Shown here piece by piece: positions 1 through 9,044 of a DNA stretch of 64,000 nucleotides. The first letter of the stretch is position 1. Each line of letters begins with the position of its first letter. The position numbers and the translations under genes were made by a program. Source of the DNA: Pseudomonadota bacterium (GTDB lineage: Bacteria; Desulfobacterota; Binatia; Binatales; Binataceae); contig JAJPKP010000061.1 of NCBI GenBank assembly GCA_021323675.1, positions 11,955 through 75,954 of the forward strand, written 5' to 3'. A model generated the notes under the pieces. It did not search any database. It was given only the letters and a program-made list of their open reading frames with translations, and was not told the DNA's origin.

Positions 1-759
1 CTACACTTCCTCGACGAACATGTCGCGCACGGCATCTTCAAGCTGGCGAGTAAGGGGTGCGCGATCCTTGCTGTTGAGGTTCGAGGTTGGAATCGGCCGG
101 CCGATCGTCATCCGCATCCTTCCGCCTGGAACGACAACCTTTGCCAGGCGGGGAAAGAACGCCCCGGAGCCGCTTATTGCCATCGGCACGGCCGGGAGCT
201 TGGTCAGAGCCGCCAGCCATGCGGCGCCGTCTTCGAACTCATGAACGCGGTTGTCGCTGAAGCGATGCCCCTCGGCGAAGACACACAGGTTGTAGCCCAT
301 TCGCGCGATCTCGACCGCTTTGCGAATCTCCCTTCCGCCGCCCTGGCGGTCGATGATCACGTGGCCGCCATGCTTCATCGCGTAGCCGACCAGGGGAATT
401 TTGAGCAGCTCCTTCTTGGCGACAAATCGAATTGGTCCGGGCATATAGGCGGCGACCGCGAAGATGTCGAAGAAGCTCTGATGGTTGCAGACGAGGATAT
501 AAGAGCCGATGCCGCGAAGATTCTCGAGTCCCACGATATCGACCTTGACGCCGCAGATATTGATGAGCGCGCGGGCCCAAATCGTGCTGAGGAAAGTCAC
601 CGCGCCCAGCTGCCCCATCCGCGCGCAGATCGCCGTCGGAACGGCGAGAACCGCCGTCACCAGTACGCAGATGAGAGTCGCGATCGCGCCCCACACGGTT
701 TTGAGAAGACGCGCGGGCGAGGCTGACGCGAGCGAAGCGGTTTCGACCTGGTTCGACAT
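1..759 (-). CDS. plsC: 1-acyl-sn-glycerol-3-phosphate acyltransferase (lysophospholipid acyltransferase, PlsC family)
   Basis: 252 aa. HX4D acyltransferase motif 'NHQSFFD'. N-terminal TM helix. 'FAEGHRF' block typical of LPLAT family. Stop codon at window position 1-3. Confidence 0.8.
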   Translation of the reverse strand: MSNQVETASLASASPARLLKTVWGAIATLICVLVTAVLAVPTAICARMGQLGAVTFLSTIWARALINICGVKVDIVGLENLRGIGSYILVCNHQSFFDIFAVAAYMPGPIRFVAKKELLKIPLVGYAMKHGGHVIIDRQGGGREIRKAVEIARMGYNLCVFAEGHRFSDNRVHEFEDGAAWLAALTKLPAVPMAISGSGAFFPRLAKVVVPGGRMRMTIGRPIPTSNLNSKDRAPLTRQLEDAVRDMFVEEV

Positions 760-932
760 TGGCCTCGCATTATAGCGGCCCGCGTTGAACGCGGCACGCG
801 CTCAGCCGATCGGGCGTGATAAGCGGCGGCGGGAACTTCACGTTGACTTCCTCTAATGTGACTGATACTTGAAATTTAGATGGACCGATGGGCGGGCAGG
901 CGTGCCCGGCGCGGTCATGTCGAGGGGACGCG

Positions 933-1121
933 ATGGAAGGACACATCACCGGCTTCCAGCAATTCGTAAGCATCCTGATTCAGCCCGACAATATTCCGAT
1001 TATCGGGATGATGATTCTGGTGCTGTTTTTCACTTACGTCGCCCTCAAGCAAGCGCGGCGCAACGACCAGCTAATCGAGCACGGCCAGCGCGACAAGATT
1101 ATCGAAGAAATGCGCCGATAA
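933..1121 (+). CDS. small membrane protein (hypothetical)
   Basis: ORF 888..1121 by table. The internal ATG at 933 ('MEGHITGF...') is preceded by a GAGGGGA RBS. Single hydrophobic helix 'IIGMMILVLFFTYVAL'. Sits in a lower-GC intergenic stretch. Confidence 0.35.
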   Translation: MEGHITGFQQFVSILIQPDNIPIIGMMILVLFFTYVALKQARRNDQLIEHGQRDKIIEEMRR

Positions 1122-1160
1122 GCCGGCCTTCCAGCCCCTGGCGCTCGAAAGGTAGTTCGA

Positions 1161-1634
1161 ATGCCATACACGATCATCGCGGAAAACTGCACCGGATGCA
1201 GCGCCTGTGAAAAGCGGTGTCCCACCGGCGCGATCTCGGGCATTTCCAAAAAAGTCTATTTCATCGAACCGAGCCACTGCATCGATTGTGGCGCCTGCGG
1301 CGTGATTTGTCCCGACGAGGCGATTCTCAACAACAAGAACGTCCTAACCCATGTGCTGAAGCGCGCCGAGCGTCCCATCGCCGTGGTCCATCCGGACAAC
1401 TGCAACGGATGCGGCGTTTGCGTCGATGTGTGCCCGTTCGAGTGCATCTCGCCTTCGCCCGAAAACAACGCGGTGTACCTGGGGCGTGTGCACGTCAACG
1501 AAAAGACCTGCGTGGGATGCCTGCTCTGCGAAGAGGTTTGCGGATGGGACGGAATCTACATCATGCCGTCCGGCCGGAAAGAGGACTTTCTCAATTCGCT
1601 CGGTTATTCCAGCGCGGCCGAAGATGCCGCCTGA
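1161..1634 (+). CDS. 4Fe-4S ferredoxin-domain protein (four CxxCxxCxxxCP clusters)
   Basis: 157 aa. Four ferredoxin-type motifs: 'CTGCSACEKRCP', 'CIDCGACGVICP', 'CNGCGVCVDVCP', 'CVGCLLCEEVCG'. Confidence 0.8.
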   Translation: MPYTIIAENCTGCSACEKRCPTGAISGISKKVYFIEPSHCIDCGACGVICPDEAILNNKNVLTHVLKRAERPIAVVHPDNCNGCGVCVDVCPFECISPSPENNAVYLGRVHVNEKTCVGCLLCEEVCGWDGIYIMPSGRKEDFLNSLGYSSAAEDAA

Positions 1635-1666
1635 TTTCGGCCAGGCGCGGCCGAATTTCGACAGGA

Positions 1667-2170
1667 ATGGAGCCGGCCCGCGGGCCGGCTCTCTTGTTTC
1701 GAGCGGCGGTCCTGGCGGCAGTCTGGCTTGTCATCGCGGTCCTCGCGCCTGCCGGCTATGGCGCCGAACACCTTGATACTCCCGGCCCCTCCGAGACCGC
1801 AGAGGAGGCCTGCGCGTCGATTCGCACGGCGCTGAACGATCTGGCCAAGGCGGAGCGCGCCGAGGCATTCGCCCTGAGTCTCGCGTCAACGCCCGGAAGT
1901 TCGACGACGATAATCGAGGCGCGGCTTGCGACCGTGCTGGATCGAACGCGGCGGCTGCGCAACGTGCTTCGCCAGGTGCGAGACAAGTCCTCTCCGCGAG
2001 ATTCGCGGGTCGAGCAGTGTACGAAGATGGGCTATCACGCCCTGGTGGAAGCGGAGAAGCTGACCACCAATGTGGAAGAACTTCTGCGCAGCCGCGAGAG
2101 CGGGGAGGCTTCGCTGCCGGAAGGACCGGTCAGGTTAGACGCGGGGCCTGCGCCCGCTGAGCAACCTTAA
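1667..2170 (+). CDS. hypothetical secreted protein
   Basis: In-frame ATG at 1667 inside table ORF 1217..2170. N-terminal hydrophobic signal-like segment 'LLFRAAVLAAVWLVIAVLAPAGYGA'. The rest is helical and charged, with no recognisable domain. Confidence 0.4.
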   Translation: MEPARGPALLFRAAVLAAVWLVIAVLAPAGYGAEHLDTPGPSETAEEACASIRTALNDLAKAERAEAFALSLASTPGSSTTIIEARLATVLDRTRRLRNVLRQVRDKSSPRDSRVEQCTKMGYHALVEAEKLTTNVEELLRSRESGEASLPEGPVRLDAGPAPAEQP

Positions 2171-2966
2171 TCCTGCGCGCCGCGGTCCGCGGCTTGAGCA
2201 GCGCCGCCATCGCGAGCAGGATCAGCAGGAACTGGGCTCCGACCGATTCCATCGTGGGGAACAGGCCGATCGCCGGGATCTGCGGGATGTGATCGATAAA
2301 AGTCGCGGGCAGCACGTTCGCTTCCTGCCAGCTTCCTACGCCCTGACCGACGAAGATCACCGCGAGTGCGTACAGCAGGATCGACGTCATCGAAAAGAAC
2401 GTGCCGAGCGGAATTCGGTAGGCGGCGCGCGTGAGAATCCAGAACACGATACCGAGCGCGATGCTCGCGGCGACCAGGCCGGCGAAGATCGCGTGCCGCT
2501 CCGCCACTTCCGTGGCTCCGGCGGTCAGGCCCTGGAAAAAGACGATGGTTTCGCCGCCTTCGCGAATTACAGCCATGAACGCCGTGATGCCCAGCGCCAT
2601 CGCAGGCACGGCGCTGCGTTCCGCGCCATGCACTTTCTCGGTGATGAATCTGCTCCAGCGGTCGGACTGGCTCTTCGAGGTAAGCCACGAGCTGACGTAA
2701 AAGAGGGTTGCCGCCGCGAGAAACTGGAACGTTCCCTCCAGCGTGTCGCTCGCGTCGTCGCCGATCAGATGATTGACCGCCCACGCGAGCAGGATGCTGG
2801 CGACGACCGCCGCGAGCGCGCCGAGATAGACATCGTTGGAGCGATCGCGCCCGCCGATATTTCGTGCGCCCGCCGCGAGTGCGATTATCACCAGCAGCGC
2901 CTCGAGTCCTTCGCGCAGCAGGATGCCGAAAGAGTAGAGGAAGTAGGGGGCAGCAGCGTGGCTCAT
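2130..2966 (-). CDS. efeU: FTR1-family high-affinity iron permease (EfeU-like)
   Basis: Two REXXE iron-binding motifs ('REGLEA', 'REGGET') in a polytopic membrane protein. Start assigned to 'MSHAAAPYF' so that REGLE lies near the N-terminus as in E. coli EfeU. Table ORF extends to 3005. Confidence 0.8.
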   Translation of the reverse strand: MSHAAAPYFLYSFGILLREGLEALLVIIALAAGARNIGGRDRSNDVYLGALAAVVASILLAWAVNHLIGDDASDTLEGTFQFLAAATLFYVSSWLTSKSQSDRWSRFITEKVHGAERSAVPAMALGITAFMAVIREGGETIVFFQGLTAGATEVAERHAIFAGLVAASIALGIVFWILTRAAYRIPLGTFFSMTSILLYALAVIFVGQGVGSWQEANVLPATFIDHIPQIPAIGLFPTMESVGAQFLLILLAMAALLKPRTAARRIKVAQRAQAPRLT

Positions 2967-2970
2967 AATT

Positions 2971-2987
2971 TTGAGAATGATTCTCAA
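2971..2987. promoter_or_regulatory. Fur-box-like 8-1-8 perfect palindrome TTGAGAAT-C/G-ATTCTCAA overlapping the efeU RBS
   Basis: Sequence 'ttgagaatgattctcaa' at 2971..2987, 5 nt upstream of the efeU ATG (2964-2966, minus strand). Matches the 7-1-7 Fur core TGATAAT-N-ATTATCA at 12/14 positions. Iron permease is a canonical Fur target. Confidence 0.5.
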
Positions 2988-3185
2988 TTGCGAGAGTAGT
3001 TGCATCCGAGCCCCTTGTCAATCCGCATCCGCCTCCTCTTCGAACCTGCAACCGTAAGGAGCCCGCCTTGCGGCCTTTTGCCGCCCGGAGTATTTTCCCA
3101 TCTGAAGCGAGGCCGCCTTGGAGCGAACCCCCGCTTCATCCGTTTTTATGGGGATGCGAATCGGCGCCCACGGGTCTGGTGAGGG

Positions 3186-3551
3186 TTGATGCGCTGCATC
3201 TATTGTCACGAACGGGCAGGTCTGATTCGCAAGGTGTGCGATTCGTGCGGCAAGGTCATTGCGGTCGTTGAGCACGCCGGCGGGGACGTCGGGATGGCAG
3301 GCCTGGTGGACCTGTTCATGGCCGAGGGACTTACCCGCGAGCGGGTTGACGTCGTCCTCGATGCGCAGATTGACGGGCAGCCGACCTTGCGCGATCGGCT
3401 CACGGCCAACATGGCCAATGCCCTGATGCGCGGTCTGGGGATGCCCGGGCGGCAATCGCCCGAGGACGTGAAGAAGGTGCGCGAGGCGATGAAAAGCGGC
3501 GGGGCGGGAACCTGGGTAAAAGGCGAAACGCCGCCAGGATGGGCCCGCTGA
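3186..3551 (+). CDS. hypothetical protein with N-terminal zinc-ribbon (CxxC...CxxC)
   Basis: 121 aa. 'CIYCHERAGLIRKVCDSCGK' gives two CxxC pairs. No other recognisable domain. Confidence 0.4.
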   Translation: MMRCIYCHERAGLIRKVCDSCGKVIAVVEHAGGDVGMAGLVDLFMAEGLTRERVDVVLDAQIDGQPTLRDRLTANMANALMRGLGMPGRQSPEDVKKVREAMKSGGAGTWVKGETPPGWAR

Positions 3552-3853
3552 AAATTGCGCGGCAAGAGCGCCGGCCTATGGAAAAGGATCGCAGCGACTT
3601 CGCCGTGATGAATCGGATGATCGATCATATCCGGCTGCTCATCGCGGTGGATGACGAGACGATTCCGGTCAAGAAAAAGCTCGAGACCCAGGCGATCCTG
3701 AAAGAGTTCCAGGCGCTGCTTGCCGATCCGCCCGAAATGCAGGAGCGCCGACGCATCAAAGGCTACTATGAAATCCTGTGCCGCGAGCTCGCCGACGAGG
3801 CCGACGTCGCGGCACTGCTGAGCTCTCTCAGGAATTACATTCCCTTCATCTAG
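3539..3853 (+). CDS. hypothetical protein
   Basis: 104 aa ORF. An alternative start 'MEKDRSDF' at 3578 avoids overlap with the preceding ORF. Helical and charged. No motif recognised. Confidence 0.3.
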   Translation: MGPLKIARQERRPMEKDRSDFAVMNRMIDHIRLLIAVDDETIPVKKKLETQAILKEFQALLADPPEMQERRRIKGYYEILCRELADEADVAALLSSLRNYIPFI

Positions 3854-3876
3854 CTTCGGAGAGTGGAGAAATTCGG

Positions 3877-4758
3877 ATGGCGATAAGCACGGTAGGAGTT
3901 GTGGGCGCGGGCCAGATGGGCTCCGGTATCGCCCAGGTGACGGCGCAGGCGGGTCTGAAAGTGCTGATGAGCGATATCTCCGATGAGATGTGCAAGCACG
4001 GGCTCGAATCGATCGGCCGCAATCTCGACCGGATGGTTCAGCGCGGACGCTTCAAGCCCGAGGAGCGCGACCGCATCGTGTCACGGATCGAAACCACCAC
4101 GGCTCTCGAGGATCTCGGGCGCGCCGACTTCGTCATCGAAGCCGTGGTCGAGAACGAAGACGCGAAGATCGCGCTGCTCCAGAAGCTCGACAAGATCTGT
4201 CCGCCGGAAGTGATCTTCGCCTCCAACACTTCGTCGATCTCGATCACCCGGATGGGCGCGCGCACCTCGCGCGCGGATCGCGTGATCGGGATGCACTTCA
4301 TGAACCCGGTGCCGGCGATGCGGCTGGTGGAGATCATCCGGGGGCTTGCCACTTCCGATGACACCTATGTGGCGACCCGGGCGCTGGCCGAGCGGGTCGG
4401 CAAGACCACGATGACCGCGCAGGACTTTCCCGGATTTATCGTCAATCGCGTCCTGCTCCCGATGATCAATGAAGCCATCTACACCCTCTACGAGGGCGTG
4501 GGAGGCGTGACCGATATCGATACCGCGATGAAGCTCGGCACGAATCAACCGATGGGTCCGCTGGAGTTGGCGGATCTGATCGGACTCGACACCTGCCTGG
4601 CGATAATGGAAGTGATGCAGCGTGTGCTGGGCGACGACAAATATCGCCCCTGCCCGCTGCTCAAGAAATACGTCGATGCGGGATATCTCGGCCGCAAGGT
4701 CGGCCGCGGGTTTTACAAGTACGATGCGCAGGGGAATCCGATCCCGCCGACCGGCTAG
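3877..4758 (+). CDS. hbd: 3-hydroxybutyryl-CoA / 3-hydroxyacyl-CoA dehydrogenase
   Basis: ATG at 3877 with GGAGAGTGGAGAA RBS. Rossmann 'VGVVGAGQMGSGIAQV'. 3HCDH N- and C-terminal domains recognisable ('FMNPVPAMRLVEII', 'GFIVNRVL'). Confidence 0.85.
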   Translation: MAISTVGVVGAGQMGSGIAQVTAQAGLKVLMSDISDEMCKHGLESIGRNLDRMVQRGRFKPEERDRIVSRIETTTALEDLGRADFVIEAVVENEDAKIALLQKLDKICPPEVIFASNTSSISITRMGARTSRADRVIGMHFMNPVPAMRLVEIIRGLATSDDTYVATRALAERVGKTTMTAQDFPGFIVNRVLLPMINEAIYTLYEGVGGVTDIDTAMKLGTNQPMGPLELADLIGLDTCLAIMEVMQRVLGDDKYRPCPLLKKYVDAGYLGRKVGRGFYKYDAQGNPIPPTG

Positions 4759-4803
4759 AGCCGGGGCGGCCACAGGCGCGGACGCGCCGCGGGAGGTGAG
4801 CGT

Positions 4804-5037
4804 ATGGCGGTCAAGGCTTTCATCCTTATCGATACGTCGCCCGGCAAGGCTCGCGAGGTCGCTGCCAAAATCAGACAGGTGCAGGGAGTCTCGGTTGCGC
4901 ATGCGGTGACCGGCCCCCACGACATCATCGCGATTGCTGAAGCCGCCGACGTCACCGCGCTCGGCGAGCTCGTGGTGCAGAAGATTCAGAGCGTGAGCGG
5001 AGTGAACCGAAGCTTGACCTCGATAGTCGCCGACTAG
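4804..5037 (+). CDS. Lrp/AsnC-type ligand-binding (RAM) domain protein, stand-alone
   Basis: 77 aa. 'VKAFILIDTSPGKAREVAAKIRQVQGVSVAHAVTGPHDIIAIAEA' matches the AsnC_trans_reg C-terminal fold. No HTH. Confidence 0.55.
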   Translation: MAVKAFILIDTSPGKAREVAAKIRQVQGVSVAHAVTGPHDIIAIAEAADVTALGELVVQKIQSVSGVNRSLTSIVAD

Positions 5038-5073
5038 CGGCGAAACTTCATTTGTTCAGGAAGTCTGTGCGGC

Positions 5074-5574
5074 ATGGCTGAACTACCCGTAGTCAAAAGG
5101 CTTAAGAAGGAACTCGAAGTCCTCAAGCGCGAGCTGACGGTCGATCTTCCCAAGGAACTCGAACGCGCGCGCGCACACGGGGATCTTTCCGAGAACGCCG
5201 AATGGGCGATGGCGAAGCAGCGCCAGGAATTCCTGCGCGCTCGCGTCTCCAACATGGAGGCGCGCATCGCCGAGCTTACCACCATCAATCTCGAGTCCAT
5301 CCCGCGCGATACGGTCGGACTCGGCAGCCGCGTCCAGCTCGAAGACCTCGACGAGGGCGGGACGGTCGAGTACGAAATCGTCGTGCCGGAGGAAGTGGAC
5401 GGCGGGCAGAACAAGATCTCGCTGTCGTCGCCGCTCGGGCGCGCGCTGATCGGCAAGGCCGAGCAGGACGACATCGAGGTGGTGACGCCCAAGGGCAAGC
5501 GTTCCTACCTGGTGAAGAAGCTCGTCACGATTCACGCGCTGCTCGCCCAGGAAAGCGCCAATGGCCAGGCTTGA
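5074..5574 (+). CDS. greA: transcription elongation factor GreA
   Basis: 166 aa. N-terminal coiled coil with conserved 'DLSENAEW' acidic tip region. C-terminal FKBP-like domain 'GSRVQLEDLDEGGTVEYEIV'. Confidence 0.9.
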   Translation: MAELPVVKRLKKELEVLKRELTVDLPKELERARAHGDLSENAEWAMAKQRQEFLRARVSNMEARIAELTTINLESIPRDTVGLGSRVQLEDLDEGGTVEYEIVVPEEVDGGQNKISLSSPLGRALIGKAEQDDIEVVTPKGKRSYLVKKLVTIHALLAQESANGQA

Positions 5575-5777
5575 AGACCCCGGGCCGCCCGCGCCGCGAG
5601 CCTGCCGCAAGGGCCTTCTCCCACGGGAGAAGCAGGCGGCCGGGAGTGTCCCGTTCCAGCCGCAGGCTTTCCCGCCGCGACAATGGAATAGCGGCCGGCC
5701 TGACGCTCGAGCCGGCTAGAGTTCGAGCGGCCTCTTTCAACCGTCAACTCGAGGTCAATTGAGGTAAAGCTGAGGGT

Positions 5778-6113
5778 TTACTTCTCGGGCGCGGTGATGT
5801 CGACGGTACTGGTCTCGCCCGCCTTCACCTCTACATACTCGGCGTGCTCTCCGCCCCATACGGAATATTTCCCGGGCGGTACGGAGAAGCTGAACTTGCC
5901 GTCGGAGTCAGTCTGTGCCCGCGCCGTGATATTCCCGGTGTCCGAGTCGATCAGCGTGATCTCTCGCCCTGCGAGCACCGGACCCAGCCTGGTGGAGTCG
6001 TAATGCTTCACGCCGTGCACCACGCCGGTCACCGTGCCGGGCTGCGGCTGCAAAGCGCCGCATCCCCACATCAGCGCGGCGATGAGAAGGTATCGACCTC
6101 CGAAGCACTTCAT
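5778..6113 (-). CDS. lipoprotein with carboxypeptidase-regulatory-like (CarboxypepD_reg) beta-sandwich domain
   Basis: Lipobox 'LMWGCGA'. 'GTVTGVV...ITLIDSDTGNITARAQTDSDGKFSFSVPPGKYSV' matches the CarboxypepD_reg pattern. Confidence 0.5.
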   Translation of the reverse strand: MKCFGGRYLLIAALMWGCGALQPQPGTVTGVVHGVKHYDSTRLGPVLAGREITLIDSDTGNITARAQTDSDGKFSFSVPPGKYSVWGGEHAEYVEVKAGETSTVDITAPEK

Positions 6114-6133
6114 CGCGGTCCCCTTTCATAGGG

Positions 6134-7930
6134 CTATGCCCGATACATCGCTTCTATCGCATCGCGATAGTGTTCCTGAACGACCTTGCGCCTGAGCTTG
6201 AGAGTCGGCGTGAGCTCGCCGTTCTCCTGGGAGAATGGATGCGCGATCAGCGTGAATGCGCTGATCGCTTCAACATCTGAAAGCGGTTTGTTGAATTCCC
6301 GCATCTTGGCCTGAAAGAGCTGCCTGAGCGCGGGAGACTGCACGATCTCGTCCGCGGGCTTTCCCTTGAGCGAGTTCTTTTCCAGGTGTTCCGCCAGATT
6401 TTCGAAGTTGGGCACCAGCAGGGCAGCCAGATGTTTGCGGCGGTCGCCGAGCACGCACGCCTGCGCGATGTGCGGATCGGCGGTAAGGCGGGTCTCCAGG
6501 TTGGCGGGCGAGATGTTCTTGCCACCCGAGAGCACGATGATTTCCTTCTTGCGGTCGGTAATCGTGATGTAACCGTCCGCATCGATCGACGCGATGTCGC
6601 CCGTGTGAAGCCATCCGTCGGAATCCAGCGCCTCGCGCGTGTCTTCGTCGCGGTTGTAGTAGCCCTTCATGATGTTGGGTCCGCGCAGCAGCAGCTCTCC
6701 ATCGGGCGCGGTCCGCGCCTCGACGTGTTCGAGCGGAGGGCCGACGGTGCCGATCTTGATCCGTCCGGCGATGGGATTCACCGAGACTACCGGCGATGCC
6801 TCGGTCAGCCCGTATCCTTCCACGATCGGCACTTCGGCCGCGGCGAGAAAACGGAAGATATGTTTCGGCAGGGGAGCGCCGCCCGAGATCAGGCATCGGA
6901 GCCGCCCGCCGAACACGGCGCGAATTCGTTGAAACACCAGCGGTCGAAAAACCGCCATCGCCAGCGCCAGATGTGGCGGAAGCGGCTGCTGGCGATGCCG
7001 ATAGGCGGTTGCGCGCTCTCCAGTCGCGAGCGCGGCCCGGAACAGTTTCTGCCGGAGAGGAGGACTCGACTCCACGGTTTTCATCACGCGGCTGTAGATC
7101 ACTTCGAGCAGGCGCGGCACGGTGAGGACGATCGTCGGCTGAATCTCGAGCAGGTTCGAAGCGATCGACGCGAGCCCCTCGGCGTAGGCGATAGTCCCGC
7201 CCGCGATCATCACGGTGTAGTATCCGGCGGTTCGCTCGAACGAATGGGCGACCGGCAGAAAGGACAGCGTCATGTCCGATTCCCGAAGCGTCAGGGCTTT
7301 CTGCGAATCGGCGCAATTGGCAAGCAGGTTTCCATGCGTGAGCATCACGCCCTTGGAAGGCCCGGTGGTGCCGGAGGTGTAGATGAACGTCGCGACGTCC
7401 TCGCGCGATCCCTCGACGATCGCCGCGGGCGAGGCCTCGCTCGCGGTTGCGATTGTCACCACGGCGGGGCCGCCGTTGTTCGCAGGCTGCGGTGTCGCGT
7501 CGCGATGCATCGCGATGATGGTCTTCATCTCAGGCAGTGATGGCGCCAGCGCCAGCAGCCTTTTGACGTGATCCGCGCCGTTGGCGGCAACCACCTTTGC
7601 CCCGGAGTCCACGATGACGTGGCGGGTTTCCTCGGATCCACTGGTTGTGTAGAGCGGGACCACGATGGCGCCGAGTCCGAGAACCGCCTGGTCGACGATC
7701 ACCCATTCGGGCGAGTTGTCGGAGAGAATCCCGACGCGATCGCCGGGGCTAACGCCCATCTTCCTGAGTCCCGCGCGCAACCGCCCGGCGGCTTCGGCTA
7801 TTTCGCTCCACGAATGGTCGTGCCACGCCTTGTCGTACTTGTCCTTCAGGAACGTGCGAGAGCGGTACTTTTGCGCCTGATGTTCGAACGCCTGGGCGAG
7901 CGTTGTGAAGTTTTCGGACATGCCTGCCAA
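6134..7930 (-). CDS. fadD: long-chain fatty-acid--CoA ligase (AMP-dependent synthetase)
   Basis: 598 aa. AMP-binding signature 'YTSGTTGPSKGVMLTH'. 'GYGLTE' and 'GWLHTGD' motifs present. Confidence 0.85.
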   Translation of the reverse strand: MAGMSENFTTLAQAFEHQAQKYRSRTFLKDKYDKAWHDHSWSEIAEAAGRLRAGLRKMGVSPGDRVGILSDNSPEWVIVDQAVLGLGAIVVPLYTTSGSEETRHVIVDSGAKVVAANGADHVKRLLALAPSLPEMKTIIAMHRDATPQPANNGGPAVVTIATASEASPAAIVEGSREDVATFIYTSGTTGPSKGVMLTHGNLLANCADSQKALTLRESDMTLSFLPVAHSFERTAGYYTVMIAGGTIAYAEGLASIASNLLEIQPTIVLTVPRLLEVIYSRVMKTVESSPPLRQKLFRAALATGERATAYRHRQQPLPPHLALAMAVFRPLVFQRIRAVFGGRLRCLISGGAPLPKHIFRFLAAAEVPIVEGYGLTEASPVVSVNPIAGRIKIGTVGPPLEHVEARTAPDGELLLRGPNIMKGYYNRDEDTREALDSDGWLHTGDIASIDADGYITITDRKKEIIVLSGGKNISPANLETRLTADPHIAQACVLGDRRKHLAALLVPNFENLAEHLEKNSLKGKPADEIVQSPALRQLFQAKMREFNKPLSDVEAISAFTLIAHPFSQENGELTPTLKLRRKVVQEHYRDAIEAMYRA

Positions 7931-8335
7931 TACCTCCCCGGCGACCGAGATACTTAGCTGAAAGGATGGCGGCCGCCAATCTTGAGGGCGATAAGGAAGG
8001 GTGCCTCCGTCATGAAGCTGGCCTCTTGGGCGATGGCTTGGGAGATTCGAGGGAGCGGAGCGATGACGACGCGACGAGCGCGAGAGGCTGTCAGGGCGAA
8101 TGAGGAATAAATGTCCGTAAAATCGTGAGAATTTCGGCGGCGATTGATTTTTTGCTTAAGTTTTGGATGAATGACGTAGCGAAAATTTTTCATTTCACTA
8201 ATCATGGGGCTGATGCACATAATCGCGCCGAATTCATACATACCCCGCCGCGGATCCTGCAGTATCTCCGCGGTGTGCAACGGTTTTAGGGGCAGGCAGA
8301 GCGCGTAACAGGCGCGCAGGGGGTTAGGGTCTCAG

Positions 8336-8998
8336 ATGCTCGAACATTTGTGGTTCCCTCACGATATCTCCACCTTTGGGCCGCAGGTCGACTGGCTGTT
8401 CTTGTTGATCTTCTGGATCACCGTTATCACCTGGGCCGCGGTCATGATCGCGATGGTCGTCTTTCTCTTCCAATACCGCCATCGCCCCGGACGAAAAGCC
8501 GAATATATAGAAGGCAATTCCCGGCTCGAGATCTTTTGGACCACCGCAACGGCGGTCATCATGATCGCGCTGGCGACGCTGAGCAAATCGACCTGGGCCG
8601 AGATCAAGGAGAACGGTCCGCCGGGACAGGTCTTTTACAAAGTCACCGCCAAGCAGTTCAACTGGGAGATCACCTATCCGGACCCGGATGGCAATTTCGG
8701 ACCCAAGGCGCTGACGGTCGAGAATGAAATGCACGTTCCGGTGAACAAAGTGGTGCGTTTCGACCTCACCTCGAAGGACGTGATCCACAGCTTCTTCGTT
8801 CCCAATATGCGCCTTAAGCAGGACGCGGTTCCGGGGCGCACGATTCACGTATGGTTCGAGGCCAAGGAGCCCGGCACCTATGAGATTCCGTGTGCCGAGT
8901 TGTGCGGCTTCGGCCATTCGGGAATGCAGGGCACTCTTACGGTTGAGTCCGAGGCCGACTTCCAGAAGTGGCTCAAGGACCAATACGCCAACCAATAA
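8336..8998 (+). CDS. coxB: cytochrome c oxidase subunit II (CuA centre, no fused cytochrome c domain)
   Basis: Two N-terminal TM helices. CuA ligands 'H...CAELCGFGHSGM'. 220 aa, too short for a caa3-type fused haem c domain. Confidence 0.9.
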   Translation: MLEHLWFPHDISTFGPQVDWLFLLIFWITVITWAAVMIAMVVFLFQYRHRPGRKAEYIEGNSRLEIFWTTATAVIMIALATLSKSTWAEIKENGPPGQVFYKVTAKQFNWEITYPDPDGNFGPKALTVENEMHVPVNKVVRFDLTSKDVIHSFFVPNMRLKQDAVPGRTIHVWFEAKEPGTYEIPCAELCGFGHSGMQGTLTVESEADFQKWLKDQYANQ

Positions 8999-9044
8999 CA
9001 AGGTTCAGACGCCGGACTTCACGGCGCGGGGGAGATAGCGTTAG

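Noticed and set aside
1217-2170. 317-aa ORF overlapping the ferredoxin gene in another frame
   Set aside because: The N-terminal 150 codons are an Arg/Gly-rich read-through in the ferredoxin coding region, typical of high-GC frames. Only the 3' part from ATG 1667 is plausible.
3018-3455. 145-aa minus-strand ORF upstream of efeU
   Set aside because: Overlaps the efeU leader and the plus-strand zinc-ribbon gene. Pro/His-rich low complexity.
6270-7540. 348-aa (-) and 384-aa (+) ORFs inside the acyl-CoA synthetase gene
   Set aside because: Arg/Ala/Gly-rich low-complexity translations of alternative frames of a GC-rich gene. The 598-aa AMP-binding ORF has clear motifs.
7954-8280. 108-aa minus-strand ORF in the AT-rich fadD/cox spacer
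   Set aside because: Lies entirely in promoter-like low-GC DNA. Atypical amino-acid composition. No RBS.
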